DNA from: Camelus ferus
Taxonomy: Eukaryota
Assembly (NCBI RefSeq): GCF_009834535.1
Contig: NC_045696.1
Coordinates: forward strand, 96,784,001-96,848,000
DNA length: 64,000 nucleotides
Direction of reading: 5' to 3'
Part shown: one piece after another, positions 50,817-63,935 of the stretch
Layout of the letters: each line of letters starts with the position of its first letter
Position numbering within the stretch: position 1 is the stretch's first letter
Notes under the pieces: model-generated
Seen by the model: only the letters and a program-made list of their open reading frames with translations
Databases searched by the model: none
What the model was told of the DNA's origin: nothing
Made by a program: the position numbers and the translations under genes

Positions 50817-53329
50817 TAGACTTCATACACTCTTTGTTACTTCAGCTGCTAGGGAGTTACAGCAACTGGAGGGTATGTTCTGGCACCAGTAACAACAGCC
50901 AGTAACAAGGTACAGATTATTTAGAAAACAAAGAAACTATTTGTCATAGGAAGAAACAGAATTTTCTTAACCTTACGTTCATGCAGGTCATGGCTCTCCT
51001 CCGGAAGGAGAACAATTTTCTATGGTAATCACTTGATGAGCTCATCATTTTATTTAATGTTTGTGTGTGTCCCAAACTCACTTAAAAAATATGTAAAAAG
51101 CGAGAATAAAATCCTATCTTTAAAGAGACTATAATTAGTTGTGGGTAGGCAAGACACTGACCAAATTAAAAATCAATAAAAGGCAATGTCGAGTGGATTT
51201 CTAAATTGAACAGTGTTGTAAAACTCAATGTTAGTATGAAAAGCTCATAGGAAAACTGTCTTTTAAAATTATGTTTTTAATATGTGTAAGCAGAATACAT
51301 AATACTCCAAAAAAGAAGTCTATTTTTAAATTAATCTTATTTTAAAGGTTTTATTTACTAGAGCTCTCCACTCTTGACTACAATTGTGATTTGGTGTCCA
51401 CATCGTCTAAATATCTACATAAAACATGTAAAGAAGCACTTCTGCCTCTGGACTCAAACCATCTAATAAGAAGGGTTAACTGAAAACAACTAAAGCTAGA
51501 ACGCAGAACATGAATTATATGTGGTTTTCTTCCTTCCAGCCCATTGTTATATTACACACTATTATATATTAATTGTCACATCATATATATCAAACCACAA
51601 ATAATACATTCACTATAAATTCCTTAAAGGCACGGCGTGTGTCTTGTTCCCACCTAGGGTCCAAACTTTTCAAAAGAATCGGTCGAATTAGCAAACAAAA
51701 GAATAAATGGGACTCTGATATTAACTCCTCACCAAGGGATGCATTTGCACTCAGCAATATATTTTGCCTTCTTATTGCGTTGACTATTGATCCCTTAGTG
51801 TGTGATCCACACTGTTCTCTTTTCACACCATTCAGTGCTGGGTTATTGACTCCCTGCCTCAGGACACTTAGCACTATTTGCAGGAAATTCCAGGTATTTG
51901 CTGATGTGCTTGCTTAAAGTTCACTTTGAGTACAGAACCTCTGTCAGTTATACTGTGAGGGAGGCTCTATTACTCTCCAGTATTTCCCACAACAAAGGTT
52001 GTTTGTTTATTGGTAGGTTGCTTCTTTTTTTTTTTCTTTCATGTGTTTTTATTTGTTTGTTTTGGCAACTGCAAGTTAACACCCATCAGACTGTCAAGAA
52101 ATTAACCCAGTAGGTTGAGCCCAGCTCTTTTGGGAAGGAGGGGTTTAAGGTGGAGAAAAGAAAGAAAAGGGAGAGAAGGGAAGAGAAGGAAAGGGAAGGG
52201 AGGGAAAAATTGCATTCACAGTATGGGTAAATATTGCCTTAAAAAATGGTTGCATTTCTTACCTAGTAATGCAATAATTTTGCATTTAAAAATTGTTGAA
52301 TGCAAAAATTGCATTCAACAGTCAAAAAAAATTTTTTAAGCTACTATTTACTACTACTCTCCATCAGCAACTTTCGGCCATGGGAGAGTTTTTAAAAAAA
52401 ATTTTTGCATGACCCCATTTCTTTGGCTTCTTTGAGTTTATTGAGCTTGCGTCTGGCTTTCCTTGAATTCTGCTCTTTTTGCATCATTGACATCTACTTT
52501 TGTATCTTTTTGACAAGAATAACTTCCAGAATATGACCACTTTGAGAACAATCTCTCAGGTTTCACAGGCCACCTAGATTAAGAAGATTGGGTGATTTAC
52601 TGTATAATTCTTAATAGATGAGCGACACTAGCCCTGGACAGGTGACAAGTAGATACGTTGTATTAGACTCTGCTTCTGCTCTTGGGCACAATCCAGTATC
52701 CACTTGCTGTCCACTGGACGCAGGAAAATGAGTACTTAAAGCATGCTATGAACTAAGTCCCTGCTGCTCAGATGATAAATTCAGCATTATGTGCCAACAC
52801 TCTATAAACTAAATCTTACTAAATTTAGGATGTCCCAGCTAAAACTAAACAAAAGGTTCTCCTGAGCTCCCAACAGGAAAAAGGTCCCAAATCAGTTGGA
52901 TAGGACCAGCTTATATACTGAGATGCCCTAAAGTTGTGACCCTAAAGTCACCAGTGGGGAGCCCAGGATTGGCGCCCGGTGATTGCTGAGATGTTAAGGA
53001 AGGACTTTGGCTCACTGAGTATGTGATTCTCAAGAAGACAAAGACGTCTGTTTCTGTTTGAGAGGAATGTGGGGAGTGGTAGACTCAGAGCCTGGCACTG
53101 GAGACAATCCTCCCCACTAAGCTAGCTCTGTGGAACAATGTTGCTCCTTAAAGACTATGAAAATGAAAATACTCTTACCCTCTTTCTACTGACAAAAAGC
53201 TTCAATTAAATGAAACAAAAGGATTCAAAGAAGAGATCAACGTGACCTCTGTGTGTGGTGAAATAGAGGCGGAGCATTCCTCTAGCTCCACACCTATTCA
53301 GAATTCACTGCTCCCCATTGCTATCCAGT

Positions 53330-53460
53330 CCATTCATCAGCTGAAAAAAGATGCTCAAGGCACCTATGTGTGCACAGTCCTAGGGGCTCTGTACCTGCCC
53401 TCAAGGCCTTACTCTCTGGCATGGGATATAGATATTAAATGAGTAAACTGCAAAAATAAT

Positions 53461-53502
<42 letters not shown>

Positions 53503-53880
53503 CAAACAAATAACTAAGAAGGGGGAAACCATGGTGCTATGAAAACAATAACAAGGAACACAGGTTACTGTGAAGTAAGTCATGATGGATTATGTTTAAT
53601 CTGAGACCTGAATTATACAGAGAAACCATCTATTTCAAGGCAGAGGAAGAACCTGATGGTCAGTGGGGGACAAGGAAGAGCTGAGCTAAAGGAACTGCAG
53701 GAGATACCGCATGAACGGCTGGGATGGAGAGCAATGGGCGGAGTGGGAGGAGAGGAGGGTGGAGGAATAGGTAGGCGGTGGTAATACAGGGCTTTACAGC
53801 GTAAGAAATTTGGATTTTATTCTAAATGCGCTGTGAAGCCATTAAAGGGCTTTTAGCAAGAGAATAATCTGATAAGACTG
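53330..53880 (-). mobile_element. L2 fragment containing a (TA)n tract at about 53468-53498
   Basis: Starts cattcatcag; ends ggattttattctaaatgc...gaagccattaaagggcttttagcaag. Confidence 0.65.
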
Positions 53881-53904
53881 AGGGTTTTTTTTGTTTAACT
53901 TTTT

Positions 53905-53985
53905 AAAAGTTTTTTTTAATTTTTAAATTTGGGGGGTAATTAGGTTTATTTGTTTGTTAGTGGAGGTACTGGGGATTGAACCCAG
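53905..53985 (-). mobile_element. 5'-truncated tRNA-derived SINE, camelid Vic-1-like
   Basis: ggggggtaattaggtttatttgtttgttagtggaggtactggggattgaacccag; the reverse strand contains B box GGTTCAATCC. Confidence 0.65.
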
Positions 53986-55823
53986 TTTGTATGAAATGTT
54001 TTTATTTTGTCTTCCCTCTTGAATGAGTTGGGTATTGACTCCAGGTTGACAGCTATCTCCTCTCAGCAATCAGAAGATGTTCTAGTTCCTCCTGGCCTCT
54101 CTGTTATTGTGGTTATAAAGTCAGCTATCAATTTACTGTCCCTTCTTTATGAGTTCTATGTACTTCCTCTCAGAGTTCTTAAGTCTTAAAAGGCTTTCTC
54201 TTTGCTTTTGGTGTTTTTCAGTTTCACTAAGGTGTTTGGGACAGTGGGTCTAACTTAACTTTTCCTGATTTCCAGATCATAGTGATCCTTGAATCTGGGG
54301 ATTTATATCTTTCACCAAGACTGGAAAATTTTCTGCCAGTTATCTCTTCACATTTCTCTCTTGACTCTTTCCTCTCGGATTTCCTATTTTAAGTATGATT
54401 AACCTTGTCATACTGCTTTCGGTGTCTCCTAATGTCTTGGTCACAATCCTTTCACTTTATCTCTGTGGTATTTTGGTTCATTTTCTCATATCCATCTTCT
54501 AGCCTGATAATTATCTTTAGTTTTATTTAATGGGTTTTTATTCATCTATTGTTCCATTATGCATGTTTTTTAATTTTAAGAATTTTTTTTTTACTTCTAA
54601 AATTTCTGTTTAATTCTTTTTCAAAGTTTTTTTTTTTTTTTGGTTTTGATTATTAAGAAATATTTTAAATTATCTCAAGTTCTGGTGCTTGAGTTCACTG
54701 ACTCAGTTATGGTAGACTATTTCCTCCCGCTTTAGCACTTTTTTACAGTTAACTCATCTTTAGTGGGGCTTGTGTTTTCTGTGAAAGTAGGCAGTGGTCC
54801 AAGTTGTAGAAACATTCTTCCACAGAAGAGCTTTGGATTTTTCTGGAAGATATCACTAATCTCACAGCATTTTATATTTATTTCTCAGCTGGGGTGGGGT
54901 AGGGATGCAGCTCCTGGATCATGAGATTCTTGTGATGTATTAGGCCCAGGGTTTTAAATTTCTAAAAACAAAACAAACCCAACCAAACAAAAAACCCTGC
55001 TTTTAACCAGAGTCTAGGTCAGAGACAGACAAGCTTCCTTGACATCTTCCTGATGTGGTGGACACATTTTGTTCTGATCCTTTCTTTCACTAGGGGTGTA
55101 GGCCTCCAAAGGGCTCAATTTATTCACCTCCACCTCCTGAAATCTTGTGGAACCAAAGTTTGTCTCTAGTCCCTCTGTCACTTCCAGGACAGCCACAGGA
55201 TTATCTCCTGTGCTTACCACCTTGGTTTTCCCTTCCTTCTTTACCACTATGGCACTTGCGGATTCTCCGTTATAATCTGCAAGTTTAGCTACTCACTTAA
55301 GGAAATTATTGTTTTATTTTATTTAGCAAGTCTTTGAATGGAAGGGTAGTTTTTTGGTCCTTTTATTGGAATTGGGGGGCTTGACCTTGTTTAGCCTCCA
55401 AAAAAGGCTAAAATCATTACTCTTGTTTAGATGTAACATGAATATGTGTTAAAATTTTATTTAATTTATTATTAATGAAGGAAACTGTAAGATGTTTACC
55501 AGGTCCAACAAGAAGTCAAAAAACACAAAATTATGGAATAAAGGAATGTTGAAGTGAACTTACAAATGAATAGGGAAACTGGCTTTTTCCATGGGGAGGA
55601 GGAAAGTCCACTGAACATCCATCAGACAGAATATATTTGCATGTCTACAGACAAGCCTTACTTTGAATTGTTATCATTTATCTGTAATTTACAGAGTTGT
55701 AAAATAGCTAAAAAGCAATGAAAGGTTGGAATCAGATAATCTGAAAAGATGGGCTCTAAATAGTGCCAGTTTTCCACTGGAGACTCCCAATAATCTTTTG
55801 TAATTTCCAAATATTCCTGCAAC

Positions 55824-56638
55824 TGACCAAGAGTCTCTCTTTGACCAAACTTTAATCAGCCGTCTCTGAACTCTCTGGTGGACTAAATGTGTCCCCTCCA
55901 AATTCATATGCTGAATTTCTAATACCCAAGATGATGATATTAGGAGGTGAGGCCTTTGGGAGGTGATTAGGACAAGAGGGTGGAGCTCTCAGAAATGGGA
56001 TTAGTGCCCTCATAAAAGAGGCCCCAGGGAGCTCCCTCACCTTTTTCACCACAGGAGACATAGCCAAAAGATAGCCTTCTAGGAACCAGGAAGTGGGCCT
56101 TCACCAGACATCGCATCTGCCAGCACCTTGATCTTGGACTTCTTAGGTTCCAGAACCCTGGGAAATAAATGTTTGTTGTTTAAATCACCTGGTCTACCTT
56201 TTTGTTCTAGCAGCCTGAACTGACTAGAATATCTTTTCTCAGCTAGGCCCTGACTTTTGGGCTTCTGCGTTTACCCTTCTGTTGTCCAATTTCAGCAAGA
56301 ATCCTGCTAAGCTAGTTTAGCCAGATTCCCCTATCCTCAATATCTGATCAGGTTCCTTTTCCAGGATCCTCTGGGTGATATCTAATCACCGCCTTCCCTT
56401 CAGCAAGAATCCTGTCAGCTCAGATTAGCCTATCTGCCTTACCACTGACATTTTCTTAGTAATTTTCCATTCACTGACCTCACCCTGTTCCTTGGCTTCA
56501 AATTCCCACTTTTTCTTATTGCATTTGGAGTTGAACCCAGTCTTTCTCTCCCATTGCAATGGTCCCCACACCTATAGAATGGTCCCGAAGTCTGCCTTGC
56601 TAGTCTTTCACTAGTGTTATGAATAATTTTTTTTAACA
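55824..56638 (+). mobile_element. MER31-like ERV1 solo LTR split by MLT1A
   Basis: Starts tgaccaagagtctctctttgaccaaacttta, ends aataatttttttttaaca; 4-bp TSD CAAC (55820-55823 and 56639-56642). Confidence 0.8.
55874..56231 (+). mobile_element. MLT1A-like MaLR solo LTR nested in MER31
   Basis: ggactaaatgtgtcccctccaaattcatatg...gggattagtgccctcataaaagaggcccca...agcagcctgaactgactag. Confidence 0.85.
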
Positions 56639-58574
56639 CAACCTTGGATGTTTTAGTAGTTTTTTGGAGATTACCTTCATAATTATTTCTTTATCTTCAT
56701 AATGGGGAAAAAAAAAAAACAACCCAGCATTTCCTTTTCTATCTTTTGCTCAGTTAATGGAGCCTAAGTTGGATGTGGGAATAGGGGATAAAGAAGGAAA
56801 AGGAATTACTTTAATATATCTCCCCTTTCCTCCTGAAATGTTTGAGAAAATGTAAGGGGCCATAAATGAACGTTTGATCCTAGTCATTGTTGGGGCCTTA
56901 GCCTGTCAGGTTGTTTACTTAAGGAAGAATGGGTGATGGGTAGCCGGCAGCTGTTGTTTATTTGTGGAATATGCACAGGGTATAAGTGCTTTAGGTTCAA
57001 GGGACAGAAAATCCATTCTCCATTCACCTACTACTCCAAACCACTCCCTGTGAAACATATTTTGAAAACCACTACAGACGTTTGAAAGGTGAAGTTGCAT
57101 TCAGGATTTTCCTTTAGATTCCAGGGTTGGACTTTATCACTTTTGTTTCTAGGAAGGAAGATTAAGCAGATTTTGCTCATATATTATCACAGGGCTGAAA
57201 GCACTTGGCGACAGCCCTGCATGCCCAGCCTTGGGAACCCCAAGGGAGTTGGGTGAAAAGTCCTGGAGTGGGATAAAAGGCAGGAAAGATGAGCTCTTCC
57301 TCCAGCAATGGGCAAGCAGCTGGCTCTACTCTTCACTGATTTTATGTCTCTGTCTGTGTCCCACACAGAGGCACTTGACTTAGGCAGTTGCTGTTTCATG
57401 TAGTAGAGATTAAAGGGATAGAGTAAAATGTGGAAAAATTCTGTTTTCTTAAATGTGGGGAGGAATGAGAAATTTACAGGGAAGAAAAGATTGATAAGTT
57501 TGCTCTGAACACTTGCGTTATGTAGAATTCTAAGGAGCTGGAATTATATAGATTGAAGGATTTGTCCATATTTTTAATCAGTTTCGTGCAGTCCCTATAA
57601 ATTAGTTTAACGGGCTTTGTATAGTAACATGGAAATCATTCATAATAAGTGAGAAGGGCAGGATATAAAATAATAGGTGTACTGATATATCAATACTGAA
57701 ATGGGAAAGGAATATGGGTAACATAAACTTGGATTTTTTTTAACCATAGGAAGGTTGTATGCTTTTAAAAAAAATTGTTTATATCTTTGTGTCTATAATA
57801 ATTGGATAATTTTACAAAGAAAAAGGATGGAAGATGAAAGAGGAAAAAGATGAATTTTCTTACTCTTACTATGACCTGACTGCAAATGTTCACACTTTAC
57901 CCATAGCTATAACCTTGAAGTGGAATATATCAGATTGCTTAGCTGACGGTGGGACATACCTATGCAAGATAACTTATGGAATTTAAAATTCGTGTTTGTT
58001 CTCTCTGACTTTCAGGTTCTTAGGGCTCTGAGGCTTCAGAGATTCCTGCAGGAATAAGTGCAGAAGTAACCAGAAGTTCAGTGTTCTCCTGGTCTTTTGT
58101 AAAAGCCCAGAAAAGCAATAAAGCCAGGGGTCATGGAGGGTGAGAGAGTCCCTCGGAGCTAGGAGTGACGTGGGTGGGTGCTCCCCATGCCGGGTGTGGA
58201 GGCTGTGAGCCCCACAGGCACACTGCGAGCGGGGACCCCGAGGGAGTGAGGGACTGGAAGTGAGACCCATTTTCCAGGTCCATAGTTAACCCCAGGAGCT
58301 TTGTAGCTCGGGATGGGGAGAGACCTGGCAGGACTGAAATGGATCTCTTCCACCCAGGACAGGGGTCCAAATTAAGGTGCTAAAAAATAAAACAAGCCCC
58401 AGCCTGTGGCCTGAGATTCAAAATGCAAAGCAGATGCAAACCTCGGCAAAGAACAAGAAAGGAGAATCAAAAAATCAGAGTCTAGGTCCAGTGCTAGCGA
58501 GCTGAAGCCAGGTGTTTGAAATGTTAATCACCTGGAAAGCCCTTCCCTGCACAAAGTCCTTGGGTACAGCGGTA

Positions 58575-58765
58575 GGTAGTTCTCAAACCCAGAATCAAAC
58601 GCCCGGAATCATGTGGACGCTCCCTGGGCATGGCTTGTTGCGCCCCAGTCCCAGTGCTTCTGATCTGATTCCAGAAGCTCTGGGTTGGGACACGAGAATT
58701 TGCACTTCCAGCAATTTCCCAAACGAGGCTGCAGCTGCGGCAGGTTCTCAGACAACGCTGCTAAT
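58575..58765. mobile_element. MER5-like MITE
   Basis: gttctcaaac...ttctgatc...ctgggttgggacacgagaatttgcacttcc. Confidence 0.55.
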
Positions 58766-60769
58766 TGGGAGTATAATATTTTTCAGATACATTGTTATCT
58801 AGTGTCCTGATGTCAGTTTTACCAACATTACCATTCCCTTGACTTTGGCCGGGTTTATTTTCAGATTGAAGAATGGAGCCTTTGGAGTTTGTTAGACTCA
58901 TTTCAAAGGCCCACTTGGTGGAAGTTGTCCCAGTGCTATCACTTACGTAACAGGGGACTATAATTTTTAGATTTCTATAATAGAAGTAAAAGGATCACTT
59001 GTGTAACCTCTATCAGTTTATAAAGTTTTCACATATATGATATGATCAGGCTATTTCTCTTAATATAAATATTCAAAAATACATCTTTGGATCTTTAAGC
59101 AGCAGCCCTGGGAGGTAAACAGGAATTTTTTTTCTGTTTTAGGGTGTTAGTGGCAGAGCTGGGATTAACCCCACACTGCCTCCTAGCGAGGATGTGTAAA
59201 TGTAACACCTATGATGTTACAAAGGGGTGTGATCAGGGAATAATGAGGGGAAAACCCAAACACAGCAAAGATTTAAAAAAGATTTTTGAAGATGTTAATC
59301 ATAAGAGACCTTGTACCCTTCCAGTCTCCCAGTTAGCCTTCAGTTGGAAAGAGAAGGAGACCTCATCCACAGGGGAAGCTTTTCTAGGTAAGTTTTGACA
59401 CCATATGGAAGTTTTGGACCATATTCCAAAACTGAATGGGGCCCACTGCTATTTCTATAATTCAGGACATTCCCTGAGGCCACGAAGTACCCTAATAATT
59501 CTTTTCCCAGGTCTCTCTCATATCTTGACTTTTGTCCCCTCACCAGCTTGAGGGGCAGTAGAATCAGAACTGAAGTGGACAAAAATAGACAATGTTTGGC
59601 CTTCTCTGCAGGTGGAGGAGGAGAGTGAACGCGGAGGAATGGGGCCAGCAAGTGGGAGAGAAGCGAGATTTGACTGAGAGGAAGCAGAATGGCTCAGCCT
59701 TGGGGAAAGGCGATTCTGAAATTTCATTCACTATTTGAGCTCTGAAATATGAAGAGAAATGACTTGAAAGGGCTGAAAAATAAACAAAACTGCTACCTCT
59801 AGAGAATAGCTGGCCTCGGGGCATAGAGATATTTCAACTTCTGCTATCATCCCCTGCCATTTCTTCCCTCCCTGCTTCTCCCTCTCACCACTATTTTATC
59901 TGCTTGCAATCAGTTCTAACTGACAATTGAAGGCCTGGCTCCACTCCTGTGTATTACACACACACACACACACACTGTGGTAGCCTTTCTTGCCCACATT
60001 TCATCTCTTCTTCCCTGTTCTCAGGGGAATTGGGAACCACAGAGGCTCCTGTTGACCTCATCTCAAGTTCCTGAGAGTTCAAATAATCTTAGTTAACAAA
60101 AGAGCCACAGAGTTAAAGGAGACCTTGATGAATGCTCTCCCCCTCATCCTTTTGACCTTGCTCAGGATTGCACCAACAACATTTCAGAAAAACTATTCTG
60201 GAGAATTCTACCACCTTCCAGAACCCTTCATTTGTTAATTTCGCAGGCAGAAATTTCTTGCAAACATCCACCCCCAATCCATCTGATGAAATTCGAGGCC
60301 ATCCCTCCTTGGCTGCTTCTCGGACCTGACAGCAGCAGCTGCTCACCACCCCTCATGGGGTAATCTTGCACACTCGTCCAGACATTAGCTGTACACACGG
60401 GGTCTGGGGGAGTCCCCCCGCCCTGCCCATCTGTAGGCAGCAGTGGTGTCCCTGGATTGACCAGGAGCTTTTTCTTTTTAAACTCCTCTCTCTTTCTCAG
60501 TTGAAAAAGAGTTGTTTAGTTCAGCATTTAAGAAAGCAGATGTTGAGGCAGACTACCTAGGTTATATTTTGGGTGACCTCAGACAGGACAACTACTCCTT
60601 CTGGGCTTCAGCTTTTTCTTAGTAAAATTAAAGTGTTATGTCATAAATAGCCACTGTCCAATAGGACTATTTTGTGATCTGATTATAAGGAAATAAAAGT
60701 GTAGGGTTCTTATCTGAGTAACACTTTAGTCTTTTGGACTGTTTCTCTTATTTTTTTGCATTTCCTTTT

Positions 60770-61275
60770 TATTTTTAATTGTGGTAAAATCCACAGTGTA
60801 ACATAACTTATCATTTAGCCTTTTTTTTAGGGGAAAACTAATTTTTTTTATTGTATGAAAAAACACATAGCATAAATTTACCATCTTTACCATTTTTAAG
60901 TGTACAGTTTAGTAATAAGTATATTCACATTGTTGTGAAACTTTTTCATCTTGCAAAACTGAAACTCTATGCCTATTAAATAACTCCTCATTCCCCTCTC
61001 CCCACCAGGTCCTGGCAACCACCATTCTATTTTCTGTTTCTATAAATTTGACAAATTTAGAAACCTCATATAAGTGGAATCATTTTAGCATTTGTCCTTT
61101 TGTGACTGGTTTATTTCACCTAGCATAGTGTCTTCAATGTTCATCCATGTTGTAGCATGTGTGAAATTTTCCTTCCTTTTTAAGGCTGAATAATATTCCA
61201 TTATGTGTATATACCATATTTTGTTTATCCATTCATCCACTGATAGGCACTTGGATTGCTTCCACTTTTTGACTT
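60770..61275 (-). mobile_element. L1MB-like 3' end
   Basis: cataaatttaccatctttaccatttttaagtgtacag...cctggcaaccaccattcta. Confidence 0.85.
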
Positions 61276-61361
61276 TTTGGATTATTTTTGCTATGCAGAA
61301 TACTTTTGTGATTTGAGGACAACATATATTTGAAGGAAAAAGAAATAGAAAAGGGATTATG

Positions 61362-62425
61362 CAAAAAAAAAAAAAACAAAAACAAAAACAGGAGAAATAT
61401 TTGCAAAAGATGGGACTGACAAGGGCTTAATTTCCAGAATATATAAACAGCTCATACAACTTAATAAGAAAAAAACAACTCAATCCAAAAATGGGCAGAA
61501 GATCTAAACAAGCAGTTCTCCAATGAAGACATAAAATGGCCAATAGGCACATGAAAAAGTGCTCAATATCACTAATTATCACAGAAATGCAAATCAAAAC
61601 TATAAGGTATCACCTCATTCCAGTCAGAATGGCCATCATTCAAAAGTCCACAAACAATAAATGCTGGAGAGGCTGTAGAGAAAAGGGAACCCTCCTACAC
61701 TGTTGGTGAGAATGTAGTTTGGTGCAGCCACTATGGAAAACAGTATTGAGGTTCCTCAAAAAACTAAAAATAGACTTACCATATGATCCAGCAATCCTAC
61801 TCCTGGGCATATATCCAGAGGGAGCCTTAATTCAAAAAGATACATGCACTCCAATGTTCAAAGAAGCACTATTTGCAATAGCCAAGGCATGGAAACAACC
61901 TAAATGTCCATCGACAGATGACTAGATAAAGAAGTTGTGGTATATTTATACAATGGAATACTATTCAGCCATAAAAAATAATGACATTTGCAGCAACATG
62001 CATGGACCTGGAGATTGTCATTCTAAGTGAAGTAAGCCAGAAAGAGAAAGAAAAATACCATATAACATCACTTATATGTGGAACATGAAAAAAAAAAAAG
62101 ACAAACTTACTTACAAAACAGAAATAGACTCACAGACATAGAAAACAAGCTTATGGTTACCCAGTGGGGAAGGGGGTGGGAAGGGATAAATTGGGAGTTT
62201 GAGATTTGCAGATACTAACTACTATACATAAAATAGATAAACAACAAGTTTATACTGTATAGCACAGGGAACTATATTCAATATCTTATAATAACTCATG
62301 GTTAAAAAGAATATGAAAACGAATATATGTATGTTCCTACATGACTGAAATGTTGTGCTGTGCACCAGAAATTGACACAACATTGTAAACTGACTATACT
62401 TCAGTAAAAATATATTTAAAAACAA
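61362..62425 (+). mobile_element. Young 5'-truncated L1 with an extra 5' A-tract
   Basis: 13-bp TSD AAAAGGGATTATG (61349-61361 and 62426-62438); ORF2p C-terminus [25 protein letters not shown]. Confidence 0.9.
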
Positions 62426-63764
62426 AAAAGGGATTATGGACCACTTCAGGTATTTGTGTATTTAGTCTAAACAGCTAGACAGTCTTAGAAGAAAGTCTTT
62501 CCTAGTACAATGTGTTAAATTTTGTGACTCTCTGATCACTTGCATTACACTCCTTGTATAGTCCCCAGTTCTTCAGTGCCTACTGTCTAACTAAATATGA
62601 ATCACCCGGCAGGCCTGAGACAGTTCAGCTGAGAACAGAGTAAACGGTTATGGGGCAGCATCAAATATAGCCACTTATCAGAAATACTATTTCTTTCTAG
62701 TTGAGATTTTATGTAACACTGCATGTGTGCAAAGTGTTGTGTGATCAGTTTAGTCCGGCAAGCATTTTCATTGTCCTTTGGGATTTATGTTTAATCAGTG
62801 AAATCTCCAGATCTAACAGGATATAAGGAGAGAAGGTGAGTCCTGGCCTGGGGCCAGAGGGAGGGGAAGAGGGAAGAGGGAAGAGGGGTGGGAATGCCTT
62901 CTCAATCCCCTTTAGTGAAACTGACCTGCTACAAGGCAAAATTTTCTCTAAGACTACAAAAAATGAACAAGCAGCATTTGGACATGTGACTTTGAGTTTC
63001 TCATTTACTCCTTAGCTATGTTTAAAGTTCAGAAAACCATACTTTGCTGCTTTAAAATACTTCTAATGAGCATCCTTCATCATTGCCAAGCGGAGCAAAT
63101 AAAGATCAGATGCATCAAAGGATTGGCAGCCAAGGCCTGGGCATACCTGGTCAAACAACCAAGAAAACTAGCTCCAAATTTCCAGGAGGGAATTCAACCC
63201 CAGAAGGTAACAAATGCAAGTGGCCGTTGCACTGAGCTACAGACCTTGTCAATATCTTGATTGTTGACATCCTAGATTTTAAAGGTACTGTCCCTAGGGA
63301 ATAACTAAACAGCATGCACAGTAGTGCCCAGTGTCTCACTGCATCCTAGTGAAGTGTTGTATTTCACAACTCAGCCAGCTTGACATCGCAGGCCATATCA
63401 TCTTTTCTCTGGCTCATTTTGCCTTCTTGTTCGTAGCTGATTATTCACTGGAGCACGTGCCCCACGCTCATGTGTTATTCTTAGAATCTTGCCGTCCAAG
63501 CTTCTCCTCTGGCTGCCCTGTAAGCACTTTATCCAGGACTTTGCTTTCCTGTTCCCTGGGCTTCTCTTCTTTGTGTTGCTTGATCCTTACTGCGACCTGC
63601 TCATTCCAATTTAAGTACAGCGTTATCAAGCCTTCAGAGTGGGCCTGCCAAAGATTACAAATCGACTCGGTGCCTCCACTGGCTCTTTCCTTAACAGCTA
63701 AAGAGCTTAAGAGTCAGGAACCCAGACTTTAGGTCACTACCACCACAGGGCTGTTCGCCTGCGG

Positions 63765-63935
63765 CAGGTGTTCTCAAACTGTAGCCCGCATCAAATCACC
63801 TGAAGAGCATGTTGAAACTAATGACTGCAGGCATGCCTCCTAGGGTTTCTGCTTCGGTAGGTTGGAGCTGGGCTCAGAGAACTCACATATCTAACAAATC
63901 AGTGCTGCTGGTCTATGGGCTACACTTTGAGAATT
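63765..63935. mobile_element. MER5A-like MITE
   Basis: gttctcaaactgtagcccgcatcaaatcacctg...gctgctggtctatgggctacactttgagaa. Confidence 0.75.

Noticed and set aside
51573..51917. Overlapping 114-aa (+) and 94-aa (-) ORFs in unique sequence
   Set aside because: No recognisable homology, start context or exon structure; lengths are compatible with chance.
63331..63732. 133-aa ORF and a charged minus-strand peptide as a possible retrocopy or exon
   Set aside because: GTG start, no recognisable protein family, no poly(A)/TSD; cannot be supported without a database search.
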